Part shown: positions 19,089 to 27,687 of the stretch, piece after piece | Numbering within the stretch: the stretch's first letter is position 1 | How the letters are laid out: every line of letters begins with the position of its first letter | Assembly: GCA_030587365.2 (NCBI GenBank) | Contig: JAUQZE020000289.1 | Coordinates: forward strand, 1-36,924 | Source of the DNA: Candidatus Freyarchaeota archaeon | GTDB lineage: Archaea; Asgardarchaeota; Jordiarchaeia; Jordiarchaeales; Jordiarchaeaceae | Reading direction: 5' to 3' | Length of the DNA stretch: 36,924 bases | The notes under the pieces: generated by a model | Database searches by the model: none | Told to the model about the DNA's origin: nothing | Seen by the model: the letters and a program-made list of their open reading frames with translations, nothing else | Program-made: the position numbers and the translations under genes

Positions 19089-20462
19089 ATGGTCTTAGAG
19101 AAATTGGGTGAAGGTCTTAGGAACGCGATAAATAAGATTCTACGTTCAAATGTGGCAGATAGGGAAGCTGTCGAGGAATTAGTTAAAGAGCTTCAGAGAG
19201 CGTTGCTGATGTCTGATGTAAATGTGGAACTAGTTTTTGAGCTAAGTGAAAGGATTAAGGAAAGAGCTCTTGACGAGACATTACCTCCGGGCATAAGTAG
19301 AAGAGAGCATGTTGTGAAAATAGTTTATGATGAGTTAACCAATATTCTCGGTAAAAAAGCGTATCCTCTTGAGATAACACCAGGGAAAGCAAATATTATC
19401 ATGCTTGTAGGGATTCAAGGTTCTGGTAAAACAACCACAGTTGCTAAACTCGCAAGGTACCTCACTAAAAGAGGCGTAAAAACAGGGGTAGTTTGCGCTG
19501 ACACATTTCGTGCTGGTGCATATGAACAACTCTATCAGTTAGTTAGTGAATTGGGTGTAAAATTTTATGGGGATCCAAATAGTAAGAGTAGTGTTTCTGT
19601 AGCCAAGAAAGGAATAGAGGTGCTACAGAAAGAGGGATGTGAAGCGATTATCGTTGATACTTCGGGAAGACATAAGGAGGAAAAGGGGCTAATGAAGGAA
19701 ATGCAAGACATAGCAAAGGCCATTAACCCTCAGGAGATAATATTGGTAGTCGATGGAACCCTTGGACAACAAGCATCTGTTCAAGCCCGAGCTTTTAAGG
19801 AAGCTACAAACATTGGGTCTATAATTGTCACCAAGTTGGATGGCTCGGCTCGTGGGGGCGGTGCTCTTTCGGCAGTAGCAGCTACGGGAGCTCCAATCAA
19901 ATTCATAGGCAATGGTGAAAAGATTGAAGACATTGAGAGTTTTAACCCAACCGGCTTTGTGGGCCGCCTATTAGGAATGGGCGATTTGCAAAGTCTTCTA
20001 GACAAAGTTAGAGAGGCGGAATTAACGCCGGATAAGGAGGCGGCAATGGCGTTTTTGAGCGGAAGGTTTACTTTAAAAGATTTCTTCAATGCTATGGAAC
20101 AACTTAAGAAAATGGGGCCCGTAAGTAAAGTTTTGGAACTGTTAGGAGTTGGCGCCAAATTTCCAAATGAGTTAAAGGATGTTGCTGATGATAAAATGAA
20201 GTACTGGAAGGTGATGATGCAATCAATGACTAGGGAGGAACTGGTTAATCCTAAGATAATCGACCGTTCTAGGATAATTCGAATTGCTAGGGGATCTGGA
20301 ACGCAGCCCAGAGAGGTCAAGGAATTAATCGACCAGTATTTTGCAGCTAAAAAGGTAGCAAAGATGATGGGAAAGCAGAGGTTAAGAGGGAAACATGGAA
20401 TGCAGATACCTCAAGGTATATCGCCAGAACAGATAAAGAAGTGGAAAGGAAAATTAGCATGA
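19089..20462 (+). CDS. srp54: Signal recognition particle protein SRP54
   Basis: N domain; G domain (GIQGSGKTTT, DTSGR, TKLDG); Met-rich M domain. ATG at 19089 gives the usual MVLEKLG start. The tracked GTG at 19080 is the alternative. Confidence 0.95.
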   Translation: MVLEKLGEGLRNAINKILRSNVADREAVEELVKELQRALLMSDVNVELVFELSERIKERALDETLPPGISRREHVVKIVYDELTNILGKKAYPLEITPGKANIIMLVGIQGSGKTTTVAKLARYLTKRGVKTGVVCADTFRAGAYEQLYQLVSELGVKFYGDPNSKSSVSVAKKGIEVLQKEGCEAIIVDTSGRHKEEKGLMKEMQDIAKAINPQEIILVVDGTLGQQASVQARAFKEATNIGSIIVTKLDGSARGGGALSAVAATGAPIKFIGNGEKIEDIESFNPTGFVGRLLGMGDLQSLLDKVREAELTPDKEAAMAFLSGRFTLKDFFNAMEQLKKMGPVSKVLELLGVGAKFPNELKDVADDKMKYWKVMMQSMTREELVNPKIIDRSRIIRIARGSGTQPREVKELIDQYFAAKKVAKMMGKQRLRGKHGMQIPQGISPEQIKKWKGKLA

Positions 20463-21064
20463 GAATTTTTAGCATCGTGTTAAATAGCATTTCTACAATT
20501 AACAAAAGAAAACTTGATTTGGGATTTGTGGATAACACTATTTCAAGGCTTGGAGCATGTATAAGAGCTGCATTTTTTCTTTCTAATGGAATCAGAAAAG
20601 ATACAGTTCTATATATTATAATTCAAGATAAAAATTACACTATCAAGTTAGTAGGCAGTGAGTTAAGATATTTAGGACCAGACATAAGATCTACTTCTAT
20701 TCTGCTAATGAAGGTACTGGGGGAAGTAAAGGAACTAAATAATAAAAAGGTTTTATCGAAGCGAGGAGCTTATATCTTCAAAGATGACGCTGATTTAGTT
20801 GATAGGCTGAGAAATATCGATGCGGAACAGGTAATCTTCCCAAATTTAAAGGGAAGGAATATTGAAGAGATAGTTATTAAAGGCAGTATAAATTGTATTG
20901 TACCGCTTGAATATCCGTTTCCTGATTTTATGAGGAATAAACTAGTTGAGCAAGGATATATAGAAGTACTTTCTAGTGGTAATAGTCCGGTTGATAATTT
21001 CATTATTATGGTACAAAACTGGTTAGACAATTTGTGGGGTAATGGTAACAATGGAACTGATTGA
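20459..21064 (+). CDS. trmY: TrmY-like SPOUT methyltransferase (tRNA pseudouridine-54 N1-methyltransferase family, DUF358); divergent
   Basis: The N-terminal pattern MRIFSIV...SRLGACIRAAFFLSNGIRKDTVLYIII...LGPDIRS resembles MJ1640-type TrmY. Its ATG overlaps the srp54 stop (ATGA), and its 3' end overlaps the pus10 start. Confidence 0.55.
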   Translation: MRIFSIVLNSISTINKRKLDLGFVDNTISRLGACIRAAFFLSNGIRKDTVLYIIIQDKNYTIKLVGSELRYLGPDIRSTSILLMKVLGEVKELNNKKVLSKRGAYIFKDDADLVDRLRNIDAEQVIFPNLKGRNIEEIVIKGSINCIVPLEYPFPDFMRNKLVEQGYIEVLSSGNSPVDNFIIMVQNWLDNLWGNGNNGTD

Positions 21065-22394
21065 CCAGGCTATGGAAATTTTAAAAGCGCATAAGCTATG
21101 CGATAACTGCTTGGGAAGACAATTTGCTTTATTGGGAACAGGACTTAGTAATGAAGAGAGAGGGCGTTCAATAAAGACGGTTCTAACGCTAATGGGTCAT
21201 GAATTTTTCACGAAGGATAAAGTTAGGGGGGAGAATTTATTAAGAACTGTAGCTGTTAACGGGTTTTTTGCTCCCGCATTAGGCATTCTTCAATCAATGG
21301 GCTTGGAACTTAGAATAGAGGGAAAATGTGAAATTTGTGAAAATATTTTTTCCAAAAAGGAGGAAATTGCAAGGAAAATTGCTTCAGAGTTAGGTAAGTA
21401 TGAGTTTAACAACTTCCTTATAGGATCAAAGGTTCCGCCTCGAATTTCTGAAAAGGAGGATGCTCTGAGGGCGACTTTTGGAATTAGCACTGGTGAGGCC
21501 TTAAAGGCGGAAATAAATCGCGAGATTGGTAAGATGTTGACAGTAATTACTGGTAAAAAGGCTGAGTTTAATAGGCCAGATATACTAGTAGTTTTGGATT
21601 TAGAAGACTTTTCAATATCAATTGAGGTTAATCCTCTTCATATTTCGGGGAGATACTTGAAACTTGAGAGAGGTATCCCGCAAACTAAATGGCCATGCCG
21701 GCAATGTCGTGGAAAAGGATGTGAAAGATGCGGGGGCACGGGTAAAATGTATCAAGAATCGGTGGAAGAAATAATTGCTAAACCAGTACTTGAAATCACT
21801 GGAGGGGAGGAATCAAAATTTCATGGGGCAGGTAGAGAGGATATTGACGCCAGAATGTTGGGAAGTGGGCGTCGGTTTGTCTTAGAAATTAAAAACCCCA
21901 AAAAGCGAAATATAGATCTAAAAGAGTTGGAAAATATAATCAATACCTACTCTGAAGGAAAAGTAAAGGTAATGGATCTCAGTTTCTCAAATAAGGATGA
22001 AGTTAGAAATATTAAGGCGATGTCTCAAATCTCTACCAAAACCTACTGTGCATTGGTAGAACTAAAGGATCAAGTACCATTAGAAAAGCTAGAATTATTA
22101 AAGACTAAACTTACAGGAGAGATCATACATCAGCAAACCCCAAAGAGAGTAACACATCGTAGGGCAAACATGGTTAGAGCAAAAAAGGTTTACAGGGTAG
22201 ATTATAAAATACTGGATTCAAATAGGTTGGAGCTAATTATTGAAGGCCAAGGAGGATTATACATTAAAGAGTTAATTTCGGGTGACGAGGGACGAACAAA
22301 ACCAAGCGTATCTTCCATACTAAATACAGAAGCAAAATGTTTACAGTTAGACGTAATTAAAGTGGACGAAAAACGTAGTGAGCACCAAGCCTAA
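21051..22394 (+). CDS. pus10: tRNA pseudouridine synthase Pus10
   Basis: N-terminal zinc motifs (CDNCLGRQFA, CEICE), a CRQCRGKGCERCGGTG ribbon, a THUMP-like region, and the catalytic GREDIDARMLGSGRRFVLEI. Confidence 0.9.
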   Translation: MELIDQAMEILKAHKLCDNCLGRQFALLGTGLSNEERGRSIKTVLTLMGHEFFTKDKVRGENLLRTVAVNGFFAPALGILQSMGLELRIEGKCEICENIFSKKEEIARKIASELGKYEFNNFLIGSKVPPRISEKEDALRATFGISTGEALKAEINREIGKMLTVITGKKAEFNRPDILVVLDLEDFSISIEVNPLHISGRYLKLERGIPQTKWPCRQCRGKGCERCGGTGKMYQESVEEIIAKPVLEITGGEESKFHGAGREDIDARMLGSGRRFVLEIKNPKKRNIDLKELENIINTYSEGKVKVMDLSFSNKDEVRNIKAMSQISTKTYCALVELKDQVPLEKLELLKTKLTGEIIHQQTPKRVTHRRANMVRAKKVYRVDYKILDSNRLELIIEGQGGLYIKELISGDEGRTKPSVSSILNTEAKCLQLDVIKVDEKRSEHQA

Positions 22395-22516
22395 CATTTT
22401 ATCCTTAATCGATCACTAAGGCGTATGGAAGTCAAGTTATTAGGATTAAATTTGAGGTACATTGTAGAAAAAATAAAATGGCGGTGTTGAAGTCAATTTA
22501 ATTCGGGGTATATGAA

Positions 22517-23449
22517 GTGAAAGTGGAACACATGAAAATAGACGAAAATATGAGTGTCTTGGATCTCGTTAAAGAGATGGACGCAGCAGGAGTTTTTTGT
22601 GCGGGTCGCTTGGCTAGAGCTTTGGATATATTTGTCGAAATGGTGAGCGACCCCGACACCACAGTATTCTTGGGGCTTGCAGGCGCTCTGGTGCCCGCAG
22701 GGTTGGGACAGATATTTGCAGACCTGATTCAGGAAGATTTTGTAGATGTTATTGTTAGTACAGGGGCAAATATAACTCATGACTTAATTGAGGCTTTTGG
22801 CGGGCAACATCAAAGGGGTATCGAAGGAGATGACACTGATCTTAGAAGGCGAGGGATTAATCGAATTTATGATGTATATGTTTCTGATGCAGCATTCATG
22901 AAATTTGAAGAAAAGATACAACAGATCTTTAGGGATATAGATGTTGAAAAAAGGAGAGAGGGCATTGCAGTATATGAACTTATAAATGAAATTGGGAAGA
23001 GGCTGAATGATAAGAAATCCTTTGTTAAGGTAGCCGCAGATAAGGGGGTTCCGATATTTTGCCCGGCTATAACTGATTCTATTCTTGGGCTTCAGGCGTG
23101 GCTTTTTTCCCAATTAAATCCATTAAAAATTAACATACTTGAGGATTTGCATCAAATCATAAACTTGGCTTATGAAAGTAAAAAAAGTGGCGCCATAATT
23201 TTAGGTGGTGGTGTCCCTAAAAATCACATTCTGCAGACTATGCTTATTACGGGTAAAGGATTTGATTATGCTATTCAAATTACTCTTGACAGACCAGAGT
23301 CGGGGGGGTTAAGCGGAGCAACTTTGGATGAAGCACGTTCATGGGGCAAGTTGAAAAGTAACGCGAAAAGCGTGGATTTAATAGCAGATGTCACTGTAGC
23401 CTTTCCGATTTTAGTCGCTGCTGCTAAACAAAAACTAAAGGAATTATGA
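22517..23449 (+). CDS. dys: Deoxyhypusine synthase (tracked GTG start; ATG alternatives at 22532 and 22550)
   Basis: Motifs STGANITHDLIEAFGG, CPAITDSILG, ILGGGVPKNH and SGATLDEARSWGK. Confidence 0.9.
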   Translation: MKVEHMKIDENMSVLDLVKEMDAAGVFCAGRLARALDIFVEMVSDPDTTVFLGLAGALVPAGLGQIFADLIQEDFVDVIVSTGANITHDLIEAFGGQHQRGIEGDDTDLRRRGINRIYDVYVSDAAFMKFEEKIQQIFRDIDVEKRREGIAVYELINEIGKRLNDKKSFVKVAADKGVPIFCPAITDSILGLQAWLFSQLNPLKINILEDLHQIINLAYESKKSGAIILGGGVPKNHILQTMLITGKGFDYAIQITLDRPESGGLSGATLDEARSWGKLKSNAKSVDLIADVTVAFPILVAAAKQKLKEL

Positions 23450-23461
23450 ATAAAAAAGTTT

Positions 23462-24784
23462 TCATGGATAGTGCCAGGGTATAAACATAGTTTCTGGTTT
23501 TTTTGATGCTTTGCCAATGCGTTCTTTAGGGCGGGTCAAGTGACGGTGAGCTCGGGGGGGAGGTAGATAAAGTTTTTCGGAAAGAGGTCTGGGAACCTCT
23601 AAAGTAGATTTTTCAGAAATACTTGATTTTAATCCGCATTTCTTGCATTTGAAGCCTTTATTTTTGCCCATGGAGGTCATACTCTTTCCGCACTTGGTAC
23701 ATTTTGGATTAGATTTAATGAATAATGGCGCCAGTTTGAGAATTTCAATTTTTTCCAAATTAATTGTGAGTGGATGAAAAGAGGAGGCGGGGCGTACACC
23801 ACCATATACACGCACCTGATCTCCGGGGATTAGGTGTTTTATTACTTCTCGGAATGGCCCTGTAGGTTCATAGGCAGCACAATCAATTTTTCCAGTCGAG
23901 TCCTTTACCTGCACAATTACGTGGCCTCCAGGAATCGTTTTTGGTTTTCCGCAAACTTCACCATCTAATATTACAGATAAGTAGGGTCTGACTTGGGAAA
24001 TGTTCTGTATGAGCCGCAAATGCATGTCTGTGCCTTGATTCGACCTGAAAATTACCCATCTTTCAATGGGTTCAAGGGAGATGACCATATTGTGCGCCGC
24101 ATAAACGATTTCTGCAGTTTCTCCTCTAATGCCATAAAGTATGGGGTCAGGGCCGTGAGGTGTGATGAGTACACGTCCATCGTCAATATTACAAAAGGTG
24201 TTCGGAGAAGTTGTCGAGTTCATATTTTTAATAGAGGCAAAGTCTAATTTCCGTGGTTTTCCATAATTCTCAGGTACTCTATAGGTTAGGATTTCGTAAG
24301 TGTGATCATTTTCAAGGAGTGAACCTATTGCGGCTAATGCACCAATGATGCCTCTTGTATTTTTTAAGGTGTGGATTTCAGCTCCTACGGTTTTAGCAAT
24401 TTTTAGAGCTTCTTTAACCGTTACAATATCCTGCATAGTCTTTATTGAGAGTTTCTTCAATTCAGGAGGTATTTTTTCTCCTTCATAAAAAACTATACCA
24501 GGATTAGTATTTCTGAATGATAAATTCGCTCCTCTTTTTATTTCTTCAAGAACAATCTGCTTAACTGCTTCTTCCAAATCCTCCTTGATTTTTATTCTTA
24601 AACACAATGCAGCATTTCCCCTAGTACGGAATGGTACATTAGGATTTAAGCGTATTAGCAGCGGGTAATCAATGAAGGTTACATTTAAGGATGAAAGCTT
24701 CTCTACTATTTTTGCGCATAAATAGGTGGTACAACCACCTAAGGGGGAATCAGTATCATCAAATCCTATGTGGAGAAAAGTCAC
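23462..24784 (-). CDS. tiaS: tRNA(Ile2) 2-agmatinylcytidine synthetase TiaS, GTG start
   Basis: N-terminal HIGFDDTDSPLGGCTTY, a central OB-like region, and a C-terminal zinc ribbon CTKCGKSM...CKKCG. Confidence 0.9.
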   Translation of the reverse strand: MTFLHIGFDDTDSPLGGCTTYLCAKIVEKLSSLNVTFIDYPLLIRLNPNVPFRTRGNAALCLRIKIKEDLEEAVKQIVLEEIKRGANLSFRNTNPGIVFYEGEKIPPELKKLSIKTMQDIVTVKEALKIAKTVGAEIHTLKNTRGIIGALAAIGSLLENDHTYEILTYRVPENYGKPRKLDFASIKNMNSTTSPNTFCNIDDGRVLITPHGPDPILYGIRGETAEIVYAAHNMVISLEPIERWVIFRSNQGTDMHLRLIQNISQVRPYLSVILDGEVCGKPKTIPGGHVIVQVKDSTGKIDCAAYEPTGPFREVIKHLIPGDQVRVYGGVRPASSFHPLTINLEKIEILKLAPLFIKSNPKCTKCGKSMTSMGKNKGFKCKKCGLKSSISEKSTLEVPRPLSEKLYLPPPRAHRHLTRPKERIGKASKKPETMFIPWHYP

Positions 24785-25045
24785 CTAGAAACGCCTCTTA
24801 GGATTACAATTTAAACAGATAATTTCTTCATTTATTTTAACACTGCAATCCTCGCAAACTAATGAACCGCAGACATTACACGCCCTATCGGATAACTGCC
24901 TTCTGCAATTGGTACATAAGGTTTCATCACAGATAACACAAATACCTTGGGATAGGCAGTTCGCACAAACCCGCCTTTTACACAAGTAGCATTCTGATAC
25001 TACTACACCTTCTTCACAAATTTCACATATTTTTGAATTGTCCAT
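24785..25045 (-). CDS. Cys-rich small protein (86 aa, eight CxxC pairs), function unknown
   Basis: 16 Cys, all arranged as CxxC, with a unit C-x2-C-x4-C-x2-C repeated three times. Its stop codon (TAG, 24785-24787) directly abuts the tiaS GTG start (24782-24784). Confidence 0.65.
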   Translation of the reverse strand: MDNSKICEICEEGVVVSECYLCKRRVCANCLSQGICVICDETLCTNCRRQLSDRACNVCGSLVCEDCSVKINEEIICLNCNPKRRF

Positions 25046-25254
25046 TTTTTTCTCTTGCTATAAAAGAGCCTTACAATTTATAAATTTTCCATCGATTAAA
25101 AGCGGTGATGAGAGGTTGTTTTGGAAATAAGAGTGAATGGAGTTTTTCTTATTAGAATTTGAGAAATTAGTTTAATAATAAAAAGAATAATGGTAAACGA
25201 TTATTCCTACATTAGACAAGTGCATGTAATAAATGAAAAAAGCTATATCAGTTT

Positions 25255-25494
25255 TTAGTCTCCTTCCTCAGCCACAATAAGTGTGAGAGTTGAAACAACC
25301 CCTTCGATTTTTCGAATCTGCCATATAATTGTCTGTTTCAAATTTTCCATCGATTCTGTTTTAATTTTCGCTAGAATGTCGTATACCCCATATAGAATAT
25401 ATGCTTCTTCTATGCCCTCAATTTTAGAAACTGCTTTAAGAACCTTCTCCTCATTAGCGGGTTCCGTGTTGATTAAAACAAAAGCTATAGGCAA
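25255..25494 (-). CDS. Stand-alone Lrp/AsnC ligand-binding (RAM) domain protein
   Basis: 79 aa. AFVLINTEP...VLKAVSKIEGIEEAYILYGVYDILAKI matches the AsnC_trans_reg fold pattern. There is no HTH domain. Confidence 0.75.
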   Translation of the reverse strand: MPIAFVLINTEPANEEKVLKAVSKIEGIEEAYILYGVYDILAKIKTESMENLKQTIIWQIRKIEGVVSTLTLIVAEEGD

Positions 25495-25707
25495 AATAGC
25501 ATCACCACACGTATAATTTTCAGTTAGTAATTATTATTACATTAAGGTACTTATATTTAATGCAAAAGCAACTAAACCAAAATGCTAATCAATGACAGGT
25601 TATTATTGATTTCCAAGAAAAACAATTATATTTCACTTAAAATAATTCAAATTGCGAGTTGTTTTAAAAAATAAATCTAAAAATTTCGATGAGCCAGTGG
25701 GTAAAAA

Positions 25708-26208
25708 ATGAAATTGTATTTGTACAATGCCAAACAATGCGCACCACATTTATGCACTGGTCTAAAATTAGCTAGATTTAATAAAGTAAGGCTAATAAGT
25801 CGTTTGGCTGAGATACCTAGAGGTAGTTTAATACTCGACCCCTTCGCTTTAAAGGCAATATCACCACAAGATGATAAATACATAATTAAGGGGGGACTCA
25901 CCGTCATAGACTGCTCGTGGAAATTGATTGAAGGGGTTTTTGATAAGATAAAGGGGATAAAACGGGCTTTGCCCTATTTGGTAGCAGCAAACCCGATAAA
26001 CTATGGCAAGCCAACAAAATTAAGTAGTGCGGAGGCCTTTGCAGCTGCGCTTTACATAACTAATCACAAAGAAGAAGCTAGGGAAATCCTTAGCCTCTTT
26101 AAATGGGGCCCGAACTTCATTAGACTTAATGAAGAACTCCTAGAAAAGTATTCTAGAGCAGTAGACAGTACAGAGATAATAAAAATTCAAAACCAGTATC
26201 TTTTCTAA
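25708..26208 (+). CDS. tsr3: Tsr3 (16S rRNA aminocarboxypropyltransferase, DUF367)
   Basis: Motifs C(A)PHLCTGLKLAR, VIDCSW, LPYLVAANPINYGKP.KLSSAEAFAAALYI and KWGPNF. Confidence 0.85.
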   Translation: MKLYLYNAKQCAPHLCTGLKLARFNKVRLISRLAEIPRGSLILDPFALKAISPQDDKYIIKGGLTVIDCSWKLIEGVFDKIKGIKRALPYLVAANPINYGKPTKLSSAEAFAAALYITNHKEEAREILSLFKWGPNFIRLNEELLEKYSRAVDSTEIIKIQNQYLF

Positions 26209-26482
26209 ACAAATACTGGGAGCAAAACGTTCTAGTGCAAGTTGAACGACAAAATGAGCGGCATCTAAGATATTTTATAACCAACGATTAAAATGAATAA
26301 AACAATTCTGAACAGTTACCTTCAACCTATTCATAAATATTTTCTGGCGAGTTTGCGGAGAACTCATTCCATATTGGTTCTGCTTGAACATTTATAGCAA
26401 GTGAAGAGTTGAAAACAACCGTGCAATCATGTAGGTATTAAAGAAAACTTTTGTGAGAATCAGATTTGTAGATGTACTGGGC

Positions 26483-26983
26483 TTATTTCTTAAGAAGTTG
26501 AAATGCTAAAACGCTTGGACAAACCATAAAGATCCTCTTTACAGCAGGATGAGGAGACAATGGAGTTTGGGGGTGATGTGCAGAGAGTAATCCATCTTCT
26601 GTTAAAAGATAAATGTTACCATTTAATCTCTTGACGGCATTCAGCTTAGCGTCCTACCCGCTACCTCTTGTGGGAATCATGGGTAGCCTATTTGGACTTG
26701 CATCCTCGAGGGTGGCCGTTTCAACAATTCCATCTGAATCCTCAGCGGTTTGATTTTGAACAATTACAGTATTTTAATTTTTGTGTTCAAAGGCCGTATC
26801 ATTGTCATCCCTCAGATGGATGTACCGTTTGCAGTCCTTAATTCGCAGGATTTCTGCTCCATTGCCAGGCTTCTCAGCCTGCACTTTACAGTGCTCGAGT
26901 CCCACATGATGGATGGATTTCCTCAGCGCCACGAGGCACCGGCAGCCGTCCTTCTGCTCATCACCCAGTATAAAAGGTATCAA
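26483..26983 (-). pseudogene. Possible decayed gene remnant: a 167-codon frame interrupted by only two in-frame stops
   Basis: My hand translation of one minus-strand frame gives protein-like sequence (...HHVGLEHCKVQAEKPGNGAEILRIKDCKRYIHLRDDNDTAFEHKN*NTVIVQNQTAEDSDGIVETATLEDASPNRLPMIPTRGSG*DAKLNAVKRLNGNIYLLTEDGLLSAHHPQTPLSPHPAVKR...). The stops are TAA at 26774-26776 and TAG at 26654-26656. I did not recognise a family, and the frame closes upstream. Confidence 0.3.
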
Positions 26984-27687
26984 TAAGGAATATAAAAGTA
27001 TTCAATTTAATGGCCGCGGATGGGATAAAATTCATGTGTTACATGCTTCCGTGAGGGTTATTTCTATCAGATGTTTCTGTTGGTAGAGTCTCTTCAAAAT
27101 TGCAGCCATGCATACTTTGCAAAAGCTTCCAGCTTGTTTAATCTTTACTTCTTCCGCGAGGGCTTAGAACATCTCTTCTTGAAGAGCAAAAAGGTGGTTT
27201 TGGTGATTTAACGTGGGGGGATCTTCTGAGCCGTAACTGCGGGTCGTCTACGAAGTTGAAATGCGGGGTCCGCTTATACTTTGCATCCTTTCCTCTTTAG
27301 AGTTACTCCCTGCTTGTGATATGTTCTGGGTTTGATGCTCATATCAGCTACCGAGTTGCTTTTCTTCCGTAGGAGGTAAGTGCTATCAGCAGGTAACAGG
27401 TTAGTCACGTGGAGAATGAGCTTCTAGGGGAAGGCTCATGCTGAACTAAGCATTTTCCCACCTAAGGAGTAAATGCAGGAGAGGCCGTTGATTTTAAAGA
27501 GTGTAGCACCCAAACGCGTGTAGAAAAAGTGTCCAAGCTCAGCGAAGAAGTTCTAAAAGAGGGATATTACTAATTTTGTCTAATCCAGAGTAAAATACAA
27601 TGCGGGTTCTGGATCTCAGAAATGCTTCCTCTCATAAAGCCTCATAAATGTGGGATGTACTTCGCGTTATTTGAATATATTTTTAAT

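Noticed and set aside
19781-20320. 179-aa minus-strand ORF, one of several similar long antisense ORFs. The others are 10976..11416, 29949..30422, 29542..29940, 32886..33329, 1191..1745, 4596..4970 and 17749..18120.
   Set aside because: Each lies fully antisense to a gene with clear family motifs (SRP54, the m5C methylase, Orc1/Cdc6, radical SAM/NTase, ValRS, TrmB, Dph6). Their sequences are low-complexity, Ser/Leu/Ile/Phe-rich, with no motifs, as is typical of shadow ORFs.
26654-26776. In-frame TAG and TAA in the 167-codon frame, considered as possible stop-codon recoding (e.g. pyrrolysine).
   Set aside because: Two different stop codons are involved, the frame is closed by further stops upstream, and nothing in the window indicates Pyl machinery. 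Gene decay is the simpler explanation.
27285-27296. Minus-strand AGAGGAAAGGAU resembles the RNase P RNA CR-I motif GAGGAAAGUCC, and plus-strand AGCAGGUAACAGG (near 27388) resembles GCCAGGUAAC. This raised the possibility that the gene-free island encodes RNase P RNA.
   Set aside because: The two motifs are on opposite strands. The invariant GUCC is not matched. I found no ACAGAA...GGCUUA (CR-V/P4 3' strand) or GUAAGAGC-type elements. The call is not supportable without a covariance-model search.
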